Assembly (NCBI GenBank): GCA_039795775.1
Contig: JBDKLC010000006.1
Span: forward strand, 3,772-67,771
From: Candidatus Parcubacteria bacterium
GTDB lineage: Bacteria > Patescibacteriota > Minisyncoccia > Phycocordibacterales > CAIZLB01
DNA length: 64,000 bases
Reading direction: 5' to 3'
Position numbers and translations under genes: made by a program. The notes beneath the pieces were generated by a model. The model was not told the DNA's origin, did no database searches, and saw nothing but the letters and a program-made list of their open reading frames with translations. Shown here piece by piece: positions 43,870 to 55,960 of the stretch. Each line of letters begins with the position of its first letter. The stretch's first letter is position 1.

Positions 43870-43940
43870 TTGCGGGGCCCGGATTTGCACCGGGGTCTAG
43901 AGGTTATGAGCCTCTCGAGATGCTACTTCTCTACCCCGCT
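43870..43940 (-). tRNA. Initiator tRNA-fMet(CAU), atypical
   Basis: AGCGGGGTAGAGAAGTAGCATCTCGAGAGGCT-CAT-AACCTCTAGACCCCGGTGCAAATCCGGGCCCCGCAA; 1-72 mismatch; GCGGGG/CCCCGC acceptor stem. Confidence 0.85.
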
Positions 43941-44149
43941 ATCTTTCTTTTCACTTGTTCCATTCCATCGTGAATTGATTATTCCCGCAAGCTTCATATG
44001 AAGCTGCTACGGGAATAGGAATGTGTACACCAGTATATAAGCTTATTGGAAAAAATCAAGTCCCCTTCAAGTATCTCATCTACTAAAGAATTTGAAGAAC
44101 GGAGTTTTTGAAAAGATGTAAACCTGCTCCAAACTTAATTTATTTCACT

Positions 44150-44224
44150 GTGACACAAAATGCCATTTACACGACAGTGGTGTGGCACACACGTACCATA
44201 CAAGTCACATTTTATGACACCATG
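44150..44224. repeat. Degenerate copy of the 75-bp TGTCAC/TGACAC element
   Basis: GTGACACAAAATGCCAT...ACGACA...ACATTTTATGACACCATG aligns without gaps to 47001-47075. Confidence 0.6.
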
Positions 44225-44282
44225 AATTTTTTGTGTTTTCTCTATCTTATATTCTCACCATTACTTACAGTTAAAAAAGTAG

Positions 44283-45029
44283 TTAAATAAAGAAAAACTC
44301 ATCAAACACCTTTTTGTACAATCGAATTGTTTCTTCAGCCTGCGAACGACTCAACTCAAATGAAGCACCTTCGTGAGCAATAATATTTCGCACTTTGTGC
44401 GCTCTCCATGCATTATCGAGTGACAAAAATGTATCGGGATTTGCTTGCTTCAACTTTTCTGCAATAGTTGGTCCTTGAAGCCCCATCTGGTCGAGCATGT
44501 CGTAGAGCATTATGTCAGCTTCGAGAATTGCCAACCGCCAGTCAGAACTACTTGTAGACTTCATGTTGTCTTCGATATGAACCCATCGAGGGTGTACAGG
44601 AAGAGCAACTTGGGCAATCGCAGGATTTGCTCCTTCAAATTTTGGCACACCAGCATCACTATTTTTGAACGTCTTGTGAGGAACTGCCGCCGCTTTTACA
44701 TCCATTTTCTTTTTGTATGCGTCAACAGTTTCTTGAAGTCGAAACTTTGTATAAAAAATAATCATTCCAAGAACGAGACACGCGAACACTGAAATATATG
44801 TCACTGTCGAAAAGAGATGTGACAAAAACGAAGAAACAGAATCCCACGCATTTTTCCATGTAGCACTACTACCAAAATGTATACCAAAGAATCCTAGGAC
44901 AGTTGGAAATGCTATAAAAATAATTGCAATACCAACAAGAGCAATGAAGAACAGCTCCCCCTCTACACCTGGAGAACCGGCAGGTTTTGGTGCTGGTTTT
45001 CCACCAGCTTTCTTTTTGTCATCGGCCAT
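44283..45029 (-). CDS. Membrane-anchored HEPN/DUF4145-like protein
   Basis: Two TMs, then DWRLAILEAD..GPTIAEKLK..AWRAHKVRNIIAHE (RX4H). Confidence 0.65.
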   Translation of the reverse strand: MADDKKKAGGKPAPKPAGSPGVEGELFFIALVGIAIIFIAFPTVLGFFGIHFGSSATWKNAWDSVSSFLSHLFSTVTYISVFACLVLGMIIFYTKFRLQETVDAYKKKMDVKAAAVPHKTFKNSDAGVPKFEGANPAIAQVALPVHPRWVHIEDNMKSTSSSDWRLAILEADIMLYDMLDQMGLQGPTIAEKLKQANPDTFLSLDNAWRAHKVRNIIAHEGASFELSRSQAEETIRLYKKVFDEFFFI

Positions 45030-45101
45030 ATAGTGCTAAGTATATCAAAAATCTAGTGAGTACCGAACTGTTCGTAAGAAAATTTGGACGTATCCTTGAA
45101 C

Positions 45102-46529
45102 CTATCGAAGGGTTTCAAATTGTTTTCCAATCGCAAACAATATATCTTCTCGTGTATGTGGAGCCATAAACTGGATACCGAGTGGTAGATTCTTCCCTTC
45201 TACTTCTGTAAATCCAGATGGGATTGAAATTGCTGGCAAACCAACAAGGTTGGCTGTCACGGTGAATACGTCTTCGAGGTACATTTGGATAGGATCGTCT
45301 GTCTTCTCTCCTACTTTGAATGCTGGTGATGGAGCAGTCGGTGTGAGAATAACATCGACACTCGCAAATGCTTTTTTGAAGTCCGCTCGAATAAGATCTC
45401 GCACGATGTTGGCTTTGTTGTAGAACGCATCTGCGTATCCGGCTGAAAGCACGTATGTACCAAGCATGATACGTCGTCGCACTTCTTTTCCAAGAAGATT
45501 TCCTCGGGTAGAGAGATAGTCACCGAGCAAGTCAGCACCTGCCACTTTTGAGCCGTATTTGATACCGTCAAATCGGGCCATGTTTGAAGAAACTTCCGCT
45601 GGCATGATGACGTAGTATACGGCAAGAGAATATTTGATATGAGGAAGCGATACCTCTGTCACTTCTACTCCTGCTTTTTTGAGCTTTTCTACCGACTCAT
45701 TGAAATTTTGTACAACCGCAGGATGAAGACCTCCAACGTTTGTGAGTTCTGGAACAATACCCACTCTGATTTTTGCTGGTGTTTCTTTTGGAGAAAGTTC
45801 GGCATTAGTGAGCGATGTTGAGTCGAATCGGTCATTGCCTTTAATAATATTGAAAAGAGTTTCTGTTTCTTCTACGGTCTTTGCTGTTGGAGATACAACG
45901 TCGAGAGAAGAACCCATGGCCATGAGACCATGTCGTGATACTGCTCCGTATGTTGGCTTGAGACCTACTACTCCACAAAATGAGCCAGGCTGTCTGATTG
46001 AACCGCCTGTATCTGAACCAATTGATACAAGTGCTCCATTCATAGCGACTGATGCAGTAGAACCTCCAGATGTTCCTCCAGCAACTCGAGATGTATCGTG
46101 TGGATTTCTTGTTGGACCGTACGCAGAGTTTTCTGTAGATCCGCCCATGGCAAATTCATCCATGTTTACTCGTCCAATAAATACAGCTCCAGCATTCTTG
46201 AGTTTCTCGATAACAGTTGCATCGTATGGAGCTACATAGTGTTCGAGAATTTTTGAAGCAGCACCGGCGATTCGTCCTTTGATTGTAATGTTGTCTTTGA
46301 TAGACATTGGAATACCGAGAAGTGGACTCTTATCTCCTGCTGCTCGCTTCTTGTCAGCTTCTGCTGCCTGATCGAGCGCATCAGCAAACACTTCGAGGTA
46401 TGCGTTTACGTCTTTGTTTTTCTTTTCGATTTCTGCGAGATACATCTTTGTGAGGTCGACAGATGTAAGAGCCCCAGAGTTCATGAGGTCAAGTGCTTTT
46501 GAAATAGTGAGTGTTGTGAGGTCGATCAT
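45102..46529 (-). CDS. gatA: Glu-tRNA(Gln)/Asp-tRNA(Asn) amidotransferase subunit A
   Basis: KDNI, NMDEFAMGGSTENSAYG, GSDTGGSIRQP, EVSSNMARFDG. Confidence 0.96.
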   Translation of the reverse strand: MIDLTTLTISKALDLMNSGALTSVDLTKMYLAEIEKKNKDVNAYLEVFADALDQAAEADKKRAAGDKSPLLGIPMSIKDNITIKGRIAGAASKILEHYVAPYDATVIEKLKNAGAVFIGRVNMDEFAMGGSTENSAYGPTRNPHDTSRVAGGTSGGSTASVAMNGALVSIGSDTGGSIRQPGSFCGVVGLKPTYGAVSRHGLMAMGSSLDVVSPTAKTVEETETLFNIIKGNDRFDSTSLTNAELSPKETPAKIRVGIVPELTNVGGLHPAVVQNFNESVEKLKKAGVEVTEVSLPHIKYSLAVYYVIMPAEVSSNMARFDGIKYGSKVAGADLLGDYLSTRGNLLGKEVRRRIMLGTYVLSAGYADAFYNKANIVRDLIRADFKKAFASVDVILTPTAPSPAFKVGEKTDDPIQMYLEDVFTVTANLVGLPAISIPSGFTEVEGKNLPLGIQFMAPHTREDILFAIGKQFETLR

Positions 46530-46557
46530 ATAAAAGAATGAGAAGATTCGTTAATAA

Positions 46558-46869
46558 TTAGTTGAGGATTTTTTTAACTTTTATATATCCGTCCTGTGAT
46601 TCAGGAGCAAGCTTCACAAGAGCATCTCGATCTGTATCGAGTGGTGCTGCGACATCATCTCGCAACATATTTCGGTGAGGATACTGGTCTGGAGTCTTAT
46701 CTTTTGTAGTATCTACATCAGCTGTGACATCTTTGATCTGCTCTACATATGCCAAAATAGAGTCGATTTCTTTAGTATATCGCTCTGCTTCTTCATCACT
46801 CAACTGCATTCGAGAAAGTGACGCTAATTTCTTTATATCTGCCTGTGTAATATTGCCTGAAGATGACAT
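46558..46869 (-). CDS. gatC: Amidotransferase subunit C
   Basis: IKKLASLSRM, SILAYVEQI, NMLRDD, GYIKVKKIL; directly upstream of gatA. Confidence 0.92.
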   Translation of the reverse strand: MSSSGNITQADIKKLASLSRMQLSDEEAERYTKEIDSILAYVEQIKDVTADVDTTKDKTPDQYPHRNMLRDDVAAPLDTDRDALVKLAPESQDGYIKVKKILN

Positions 46870-46995
46870 ATATATGTATGACTACGTTTTATAGGCGTAT
46901 CATAGCACTATTTATAGATTTTTCTAAATGTAAGGCCTGAGTGAGATTTTTGCGATTCTCCACAGGTTTTTAGGGTCTTCTTTTTTCTCTTTAGA

Positions 46996-47076
46996 GCATA
47001 GTGTCACAAAATGTCATAAAAACGACATACCAATGACACTCCGGTGTTAGTTTTATGACATTTTGTGACACTATGC
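46996..47076. repeat. Perfect 26-bp inverted repeat with phased TGTCA/TGACA hexamers
   Basis: GCATAGTGTCACAAAATGTCATAAAA (46996-47021) and its exact reverse complement at 47051-47076. Confidence 0.85.
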
Positions 47077-47149
47077 GAATTTATTCAAATTGCTTAACTC
47101 AATTTGCTTGATACAAATGTATATTTTAACGTTTATCTTTATTCAAGAT

Positions 47150-49761
<2,612 letters not shown>

Positions 49762-49762
49762 A

Positions 49763-50380
49763 TTATTTTTCGGCTTTCCAGTTAGTAAGAGTTTCTCTAA
49801 TCTTGAAAACGTTTTCAGTACCTCCAGATCTCCATTTCATTTCAACAGTAATGACTACTTCTGTATCTTGAGTCTCAATTCCTTGACGTTGTACTTTATT
49901 CAAATAAATTGTTCGTGAGAAAGGAGCGAGTGTCCCTGTGTATGTGGATCCACCAAAAAGTCCTGTACTTGTATCAAAGTTGAGTGGACCACACCCTGTC
50001 GATGCACACTGGAGAAATCCATATCCTGAACCTGAACCCGTTCGTACCATCGAGCATTTATTAATTTCAGAGTTGCTGTCGTTTATACATGGAATCTGTG
50101 CTGTAGTAACAACATCTGTAGTTGTAGCTATGCCATTCAACCACATATCAGGGTTTGATGGATATCTAAGAGCGTTTTGGTCTCGGGAATTTCGAATATA
50201 CTCAATAGCTTCTTGAGCGAGATAGAAAGCGGTCATTTGATCACGTGAGAAGTATGAAGATCGAAGTGACTGAGCTACGATTGAAAGTGGACCGGTAATA
50301 GCGATAACAAGAATAGAAATAGCTACTAATGTCTCAATGATAGTGAACCCTTTATTTTGCTGTATGTTCTTGTGCTTCAT
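49763..50380 (-). CDS. Minor pilin (PilV-like)
   Basis: KG|FTIIETLVAI, AFYLAQEAIEYIRN. Confidence 0.85.
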   Translation of the reverse strand: MKHKNIQQNKGFTIIETLVAISILVIAITGPLSIVAQSLRSSYFSRDQMTAFYLAQEAIEYIRNSRDQNALRYPSNPDMWLNGIATTTDVVTTAQIPCINDSNSEINKCSMVRTGSGSGYGFLQCASTGCGPLNFDTSTGLFGGSTYTGTLAPFSRTIYLNKVQRQGIETQDTEVVITVEMKWRSGGTENVFKIRETLTNWKAEK

Positions 50381-50381
50381 A

Positions 50382-51014
50382 TTAAATATTAAGAACTCGC
50401 TGTGAAATAAATGTTTGTAAATTGAATGTCGACACGGTTGTAGGATTCACCTTTGCTGTACCTCTAATAAGCAAAAACACCCCAGGCTGTTCAGCATTTG
50501 GATCACCCTGTGATGTATTTGGACTCTTTATATAAAATCTCATATCTGTAATGTTGATTTCTGGTGAAGTAACTTTACTATCAGCTCCGCAAGATCCCGC
50601 AGCAGTACAACTCTTTTTGAGAATATATCCTGGCGCATTTCCAGAAGGTGCAACGAATTCGTAGTGAACACTTCGTTCTGCTCCAGAAATAGTAGAAATG
50701 AGGTTGATGTAGTTGAGGGCTGTCGATGGACTACAATTGGATGGGATTGATTTTACCAAGTCTGTAATTGGGAATTCACTGTAGGCACATCGGTACTCAT
50801 ACCCTGTCTTGATATCTCGCACCATACTTTCAATAGCAAAACTCAAGTTGTTTGACACAGAGTTGATAGCTTGCGATTTTTTGTTTCCATCAATAACACT
50901 CATGATAACTCCAAGACTAATTGTCATTACAACAGCAAATAAACCAACTGAAACAAGCATTTCAATCAATGTAAATCCTTTTTGTGCTGTAGCTTTTTTA
51001 AAAGAGGTTTTCAT
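50382..51014 (-). CDS. Minor pilin (PilW/PulJ-like)
   Basis: KG|FTLIEMLVSV, MVRDIK, LQTFISQR. Confidence 0.85.
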   Translation of the reverse strand: MKTSFKKATAQKGFTLIEMLVSVGLFAVVMTISLGVIMSVIDGNKKSQAINSVSNNLSFAIESMVRDIKTGYEYRCAYSEFPITDLVKSIPSNCSPSTALNYINLISTISGAERSVHYEFVAPSGNAPGYILKKSCTAAGSCGADSKVTSPEINITDMRFYIKSPNTSQGDPNAEQPGVFLLIRGTAKVNPTTVSTFNLQTFISQRVLNI

Positions 51015-51025
51015 AGGATTAACAA

Positions 51026-51691
51026 TTAAATACATTTACCACCTTCCTTCCCTTCTACACGAATCTGACCAGTCTGTTCTACTACGACAACTCGACAGTT
51101 ATCACCAGTAGGAGTTTTTATCACAATATATGCGGGACCAGAAAGATTAGTATCGATTCCTTCGTTGATGAGTACAGCGCTTCCACTAATATTTCCTCTG
51201 AGGAAAACAGCCTCTGGATTTGGTCGTTTAAAAATAATATTGATAAGAGTACTGTTACCAACACATTCTCCAGGAATAGCACCAATACACTGAGCAACGA
51301 TAGAGTTTCCTCGCTGGTTCTGAATTGTATAGACAGAAGATACTTCTGAAGGACCACTCACTCGCTGGTTGTTATCCTTGTCATTGAAGAGAGTCACTTG
51401 TCCTGGAGTTCGAGGGTCGAATGAAATACCGTATCCCCCTTCAAATCCCTGCGCCGCATCTGCTGCTCGTACACCAATACCATATGACTGAGTCTCCCGA
51501 ACGAGAAGTGCAATTTCATACGCGAGATTGGTGAGCAGAATATTGTTGTTGAGTTTGTTCTGATTGAAAAGTGCAATGGAAAGGATGAGACTGAAAATAC
51601 CAATTACCACAATAAGCTCGATAAGTGAAAAGCCTTTTTGAAGAGATGCAGCGGCTTTTTTTATGTTTGATGTAAGTGGAGAGAGCTTCAT
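51026..51691 (-). CDS. Minor pilin (FimU/PulH-like)
   Basis: KG|FSLIELIVVI, IALLVRETQSY, GYGISF. Confidence 0.85.
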   Translation of the reverse strand: MKLSPLTSNIKKAAASLQKGFSLIELIVVIGIFSLILSIALFNQNKLNNNILLTNLAYEIALLVRETQSYGIGVRAADAAQGFEGGYGISFDPRTPGQVTLFNDKDNNQRVSGPSEVSSVYTIQNQRGNSIVAQCIGAIPGECVGNSTLINIIFKRPNPEAVFLRGNISGSAVLINEGIDTNLSGPAYIVIKTPTGDNCRVVVVEQTGQIRVEGKEGGKCI

Positions 51692-51710
51692 GATATGAGG
51701 TACATATTCA

Positions 51711-52568
51711 TTAGAATAATGAAAGATGTGCAACTATATTATAGCTGAAAAAGTATACGATGAGGAGGCCTATTATGAGAAATGGAGCGAACGGAATTTC
51801 ACTTTTCATATTGAGAACAGACAGTCGAAATTTGAGACCAAGGAAATTGTGAGTGCGTGCACCTTTCAACAACTCTGCAAGAAGCAAAATAGCAATAGAC
51901 ACTACTGCTCCTACCCAAAATGCGAGCATGATTGCAGATGCTCCTGCTGTGAGTCCCAAGAACCACCCCATACCAAGTGCGAGCTTTGCATCTCCAAGGC
52001 CCATCCACTTTCCTCTTGAAAGAAGCCAGACGAGATAAAAAGGAAACGCCAGAAGTGGCCCAGCTCCGATAGTAGAAAGTGCAGGCACAACAAAACCAAG
52101 ACCACCGTGTGCTGACGCACCAAAGAACATATGTACAAATGCAATGAGTGCAAACGTATACGCAAACACATTTGGAATTATTTTGTGGCGCATGTCGTAC
52201 ACGAGAATAATAACGAGGACAGACATCTGAATGAGCGCATACACGAGCTCATACGCAAAGAGTGACGAAGCTCGTACCGCCATATCTGCATACTGTTGGA
52301 ATACACCAAAAAACAAGAGTCCAGTCAAAAGCTCAATTATCGGATACTGCCAAGAGATTTTACTTTTACATGTTCTACACTTCCCTCCTGTACTCAAAAA
52401 AGAAAAAAGTGGAATAAGATCATACCACTTGAGAGTCCGTCTACACGAAAAACATTGTGATCGTCCAAGAACAGTTCTTCCTGTGTTAAATCTATAAATA
52501 ACTACGTTAAGAAAACTACCAATAATAAGACCTAGTAATGCAAAATAAATAGAAAAAAAGATGTGCAT
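51711..52568 (-). CDS. pilD: Prepilin peptidase
   Basis: GSFLNVVIYR, two CxxC, YDMRH..IP, MGLGDAKL, IPFAPF. Confidence 0.93.
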   Translation of the reverse strand: MHIFFSIYFALLGLIIGSFLNVVIYRFNTGRTVLGRSQCFSCRRTLKWYDLIPLFSFLSTGGKCRTCKSKISWQYPIIELLTGLLFFGVFQQYADMAVRASSLFAYELVYALIQMSVLVIILVYDMRHKIIPNVFAYTFALIAFVHMFFGASAHGGLGFVVPALSTIGAGPLLAFPFYLVWLLSRGKWMGLGDAKLALGMGWFLGLTAGASAIMLAFWVGAVVSIAILLLAELLKGARTHNFLGLKFRLSVLNMKSEIPFAPFLIIGLLIVYFFSYNIVAHLSLF

Positions 52569-52588
52569 GAAGTCATTATACAATAAAA

Positions 52589-52616
52589 GAAAAAACCGAG
52601 CATGCTCGGTTTTTTC
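52589..52616 (-). terminator. Terminator after the major pilin
   Basis: GAAAAAACCGAG-CATG-CTCGGTTTTTTC. Confidence 0.8.
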
Positions 52617-52638
52617 CCAACAAAATCTTTAAGAGAGA

Positions 52639-53103
52639 TTATTTACAAGCTGTAGCACCTGTAAGTGTTGTTGTTGTTGTCGCAATAGCGTTACCACTAC
52701 TGTCTACACAATAACTACCACTTCCTGATGGCAAAGCTGCTGCTACTACCCAACTTGTAGCTGGAGCACCAGTAGAGATACAACTAACTGTTGTAGCACC
52801 GGCCTTGTATGTAGCGTTGATGAGGTTTGCAACACCGTTTGTTCCTCCGAATACTGTTGTCGCTGTTGATGTAGCGCCAGAACAAGCACCCGCAGTCTGA
52901 GCTGTTGTACCGTAGTTGTTACTACCTGAATAGTAAAGTTCTGCCTGTGCTCGCATACTTGAAAGCTGAGACTGTACGGCAGCGTCTTGACCCTTAGATC
53001 GAGCTGTTGTAAGTGAAGCCAAAACCACTGAAGAAAGGATACCGATGATGGCAATTACCACGAGAAGTTCGATGAGGGTAAAACCTTTATTAGTTGATCG
53101 CAT
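52639..53103 (-). CDS. pilA: Major type IV pilin
   Basis: KG|FTLIELLVVIAIIGILSSVVLASL, YCVDSSG; has its own terminator. Confidence 0.88.
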   Translation of the reverse strand: MRSTNKGFTLIELLVVIAIIGILSSVVLASLTTARSKGQDAAVQSQLSSMRAQAELYYSGSNNYGTTAQTAGACSGATSTATTVFGGTNGVANLINATYKAGATTVSCISTGAPATSWVVAAALPSGSGSYCVDSSGNAIATTTTTLTGATACK

Positions 53104-53211
53104 TTTTAAATATATTTATAACTTGATTAATCCGTTTCGATCCATGAGATCAAAGCGTGCACTAATTATACTAAACTTAGCCCTTCCTGCCCCCTGACGT
53201 GTGGATAACAC

Positions 53212-54420
53212 CTAGAGAGAAGATGATACGTTGTAGATAGGAATGAGTACTGAAGCCAAGAGAAAGCCTACGCCAAGACCGAGCATAACGATCATGAGTG
53301 GTTCGATAAGGTCTACCAATGTGTCTACTGCAGTAACCACTTCTCGCTGGTAGAACTTAGCGAGAGTCTTAAGAATACTACCGAGTTCTCCGGATTCTTC
53401 ACCAATCTTCATCATTTGCACCATAATACCTGGAACTTCTGCATGTCGAGCGACAGCATCAGAAAGTGCGGAACCCCCTTTCACCTGTTCGAGTACATCT
53501 GCCAAGATTTCTTCGAAGACATGGTTGTCTACTACTGAGCCCGTGAGTTCAAGAGCTTTTACAACTGGAATACCTGATGAAAGCATTGTGTCGAGGTTGT
53601 CAGCAATTCGTGACAAATATAATTTTCGATACAAGTTACCAATGTATGGTACTGAAATTTTAAATTGAGAAAATGCAATTTTGCCGGCTGTTGTTTGACT
53701 AAATCGGAAAAGAACGCCAAGCCCAACAACGAGCAATACAAGGAAGAACAAACCGTAGTCTACTAAAAAGTTACTAAGTGCAATTACGATTTTTGTATAT
53801 GTTGGAATTTCTTGCCCAGAACTAAGAATAATAGAACTGATCTTTGGGATTACAACTGTAAGCATCAATGCCATTACAGCGAAGAATGTTGAGATTACAA
53901 AGGCTGGATAGATAAGAGCGTTTTTTACTTTTGATGAAACTTCATAGTTTCGATCCATGTAATCGGCAAGATACTGGAATGTTTCGTCGAGCTTACCTGA
54001 TTCTTCTCCGGCTCGAACCATGTTCACATAGAATGTAGTGAACACTTTTGAGTGTTTTGCGAGTGCCGCAGAAATAGTCCCTCCTCCCTGCAAGTCATCT
54101 GACACCTGTGCCAACACTTTTCGAAGTGCCTTATTTTCAGTTTCAGAAGCTAGGAGTCGGAAAATTCGAAGTGCCGATACTTGCGCTGTAAAGAGTGTCG
54201 ACATCTGTCGCGACAAGATCACAACGTCTTTGTTTGAGACATGATCAAAGAATGAAATGTCTTTTGTAAGAAGACCGCCTTGATCGTCTGCAGATTTGAT
54301 AGTAGTGATTACAAGACCTCGTCTCTGGAGTGAGCTAATAGCCACATCGACGTTGATTGCATCGACTGAGCCTTCACTTTCTACTCCATTTTCATTTAGT
54401 GCCTTGTATTTGAATAACAT
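53212..54420 (-). CDS. pilC: Type IV pilus platform protein PilC (GspF family)
   Basis: GEESGKLDE, ALIYPAFV, IGEESGEL, IEPLMIV. Confidence 0.93.
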   Translation of the reverse strand: MLFKYKALNENGVESEGSVDAINVDVAISSLQRRGLVITTIKSADDQGGLLTKDISFFDHVSNKDVVILSRQMSTLFTAQVSALRIFRLLASETENKALRKVLAQVSDDLQGGGTISAALAKHSKVFTTFYVNMVRAGEESGKLDETFQYLADYMDRNYEVSSKVKNALIYPAFVISTFFAVMALMLTVVIPKISSIILSSGQEIPTYTKIVIALSNFLVDYGLFFLVLLVVGLGVLFRFSQTTAGKIAFSQFKISVPYIGNLYRKLYLSRIADNLDTMLSSGIPVVKALELTGSVVDNHVFEEILADVLEQVKGGSALSDAVARHAEVPGIMVQMMKIGEESGELGSILKTLAKFYQREVVTAVDTLVDLIEPLMIVMLGLGVGFLLASVLIPIYNVSSSL

Positions 54421-54464
54421 GTAATTCTTTGTTGTGTACGTTTATTCTAACCCACTATCACCTA

Positions 54465-55526
54465 TTACAAAAGTCTTTCCAAAATCTTTGGGTTGAGTGA
54501 ATGCTGGTATGCGTTTTCAATCGTGATTTCTCCCTTTCGAACGAGTTCTGCGAGTGATCGGTTCATATCAATCATACCTTCCTGAAGACCTGTTTCGATT
54601 ACAGTGTTGATTTCGTGAGTTCGCTTTTCTCGAATGAGGTTTGCTACCGCACTATTTGCGATAAGAAGTTCGTATGCAGGAATCATACCGCCTGAAATTC
54701 GAGGGATGAGTCGCTGTGAGAAGATACCAGTAAGAGAACTGGCAAGCTGAATTCGAATCTGATCTTGCTGGTTTGCTGGGAAGGAGTCGATGATTCGGTC
54801 GATAGTCTGGGCAGCGTTGTTTGTGTGGAGTGTTGAGAATACCAAGTGACCTGTTTCAGCAGCTGTTACAGCCGCTGACATTGTTTCGTGTCCTCGCATT
54901 TCCCCTACCAAAAGTACGTTTACGTCTTGTCGGAATACAGCAAGAAGACCTGCTGAAAAATCTTCTGTGTCGAGTCGTACTTCTCGCTGGTCGATGATTG
55001 CTTTCTTTTGTTCGTATACGTATTCGATAGGATCTTCAATTGTAATGATGTGCTCAGCTCGTTCCCGGTTGATGAGTTCAATCATGGCAGCAAGAGTTGT
55101 TGTCTTACCCATTCCCACTGGACCTACTACGAGGAAAAAGCCTTGCGACTTTCGTGCGAATGTCTCAAGAATTGGTGGAAGGTTGAGTTCTTCCATAGTT
55201 TTGATTTGCTTTGGGATAAGTCGGAGAACCGCACTTGGAAGACCTTGCTGATAAAATGCGTTACCTCGGAATCGAGCCTCAGATTTGTGTTCGTATGAAA
55301 AGTCTACTTCTTTCTTGTCTTTGAATCGTGCTGAATTTTTTTCACCAAGAAGAATTTCGAGATACTGATGAAGTGTCTCTGTGTCGAGAATATCTCGTTT
55401 TACGAGTGGAATAAGTGAACCTGATACACGGATATATGGATGTCGCCCTTCAGATAAGTGAAGATCTGATCCACCTTCTCGAATAACAATACTAAGTAAT
55501 TCTTCTAGTTGTGATTTGTAATCCAT
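54465..55526 (-). CDS. pilT: Type IV pilus retraction ATPase PilT
   Basis: GSDLHL, GPVGMGKTTT, TIEDPIE, AETGHLVFSTLHTN, ANLIRE. Confidence 0.93.
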   Translation of the reverse strand: MDYKSQLEELLSIVIREGGSDLHLSEGRHPYIRVSGSLIPLVKRDILDTETLHQYLEILLGEKNSARFKDKKEVDFSYEHKSEARFRGNAFYQQGLPSAVLRLIPKQIKTMEELNLPPILETFARKSQGFFLVVGPVGMGKTTTLAAMIELINRERAEHIITIEDPIEYVYEQKKAIIDQREVRLDTEDFSAGLLAVFRQDVNVLLVGEMRGHETMSAAVTAAETGHLVFSTLHTNNAAQTIDRIIDSFPANQQDQIRIQLASSLTGIFSQRLIPRISGGMIPAYELLIANSAVANLIREKRTHEINTVIETGLQEGMIDMNRSLAELVRKGEITIENAYQHSLNPKILERLL

Positions 55527-55543
55527 ACGTTTTTTATTAGATC

Positions 55544-55936
55544 CTATTTCTTATTTTTAAGCATTCGAAGAACTTCTGAAACTACTTCTGACGGGATAGT
55601 TGTTGCTTTTACAATATATCCATCAATTCCGAGTCGTTTTGCTTTATCAATATCTGATGACTGACCCTGATTACTCAATATGAGTACTCGCGCCTCTTTT
55701 GCTAAATTTTCTTGTCTCATCTTTTCGAGTACCTCTAGACCATCCATTACGGGCATAACAATGTCGAGTACGATAGCGTCTGGTACAAATCCCCCTTCGA
55801 GTTTTGTTATGGCTTCGGCTCCATCGGAAGCTGTAGTTACAGCAAAATTCTCTTTTTGAAATTTGAGAGAGTACATGTTGAGAAGAAACTTATCATCGTC
55901 AACAATTAAAATTTTGTAAGGAATATCGCCGTTCAT
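55544..55936 (-). CDS. Single-domain response regulator (CheY-like)
   Basis: ILIVDDD, LDIVMPVMDG, LSN, GYIVK. Confidence 0.9.
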   Translation of the reverse strand: MNGDIPYKILIVDDDKFLLNMYSLKFQKENFAVTTASDGAEAITKLEGGFVPDAIVLDIVMPVMDGLEVLEKMRQENLAKEARVLILSNQGQSSDIDKAKRLGIDGYIVKATTIPSEVVSEVLRMLKNKK

Positions 55937-55960
55937 AATATGTGTAAATTATATCACAAG

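Noticed and set aside
43961-44023. Hairpins upstream of tRNA-fMet (and at 62322-62360 upstream of tRNA-Ser) as distinct ncRNAs
   Set aside because: They are simple stems with no shared sequence and are adequately explained as ordinary precursor-tRNA leader structure.
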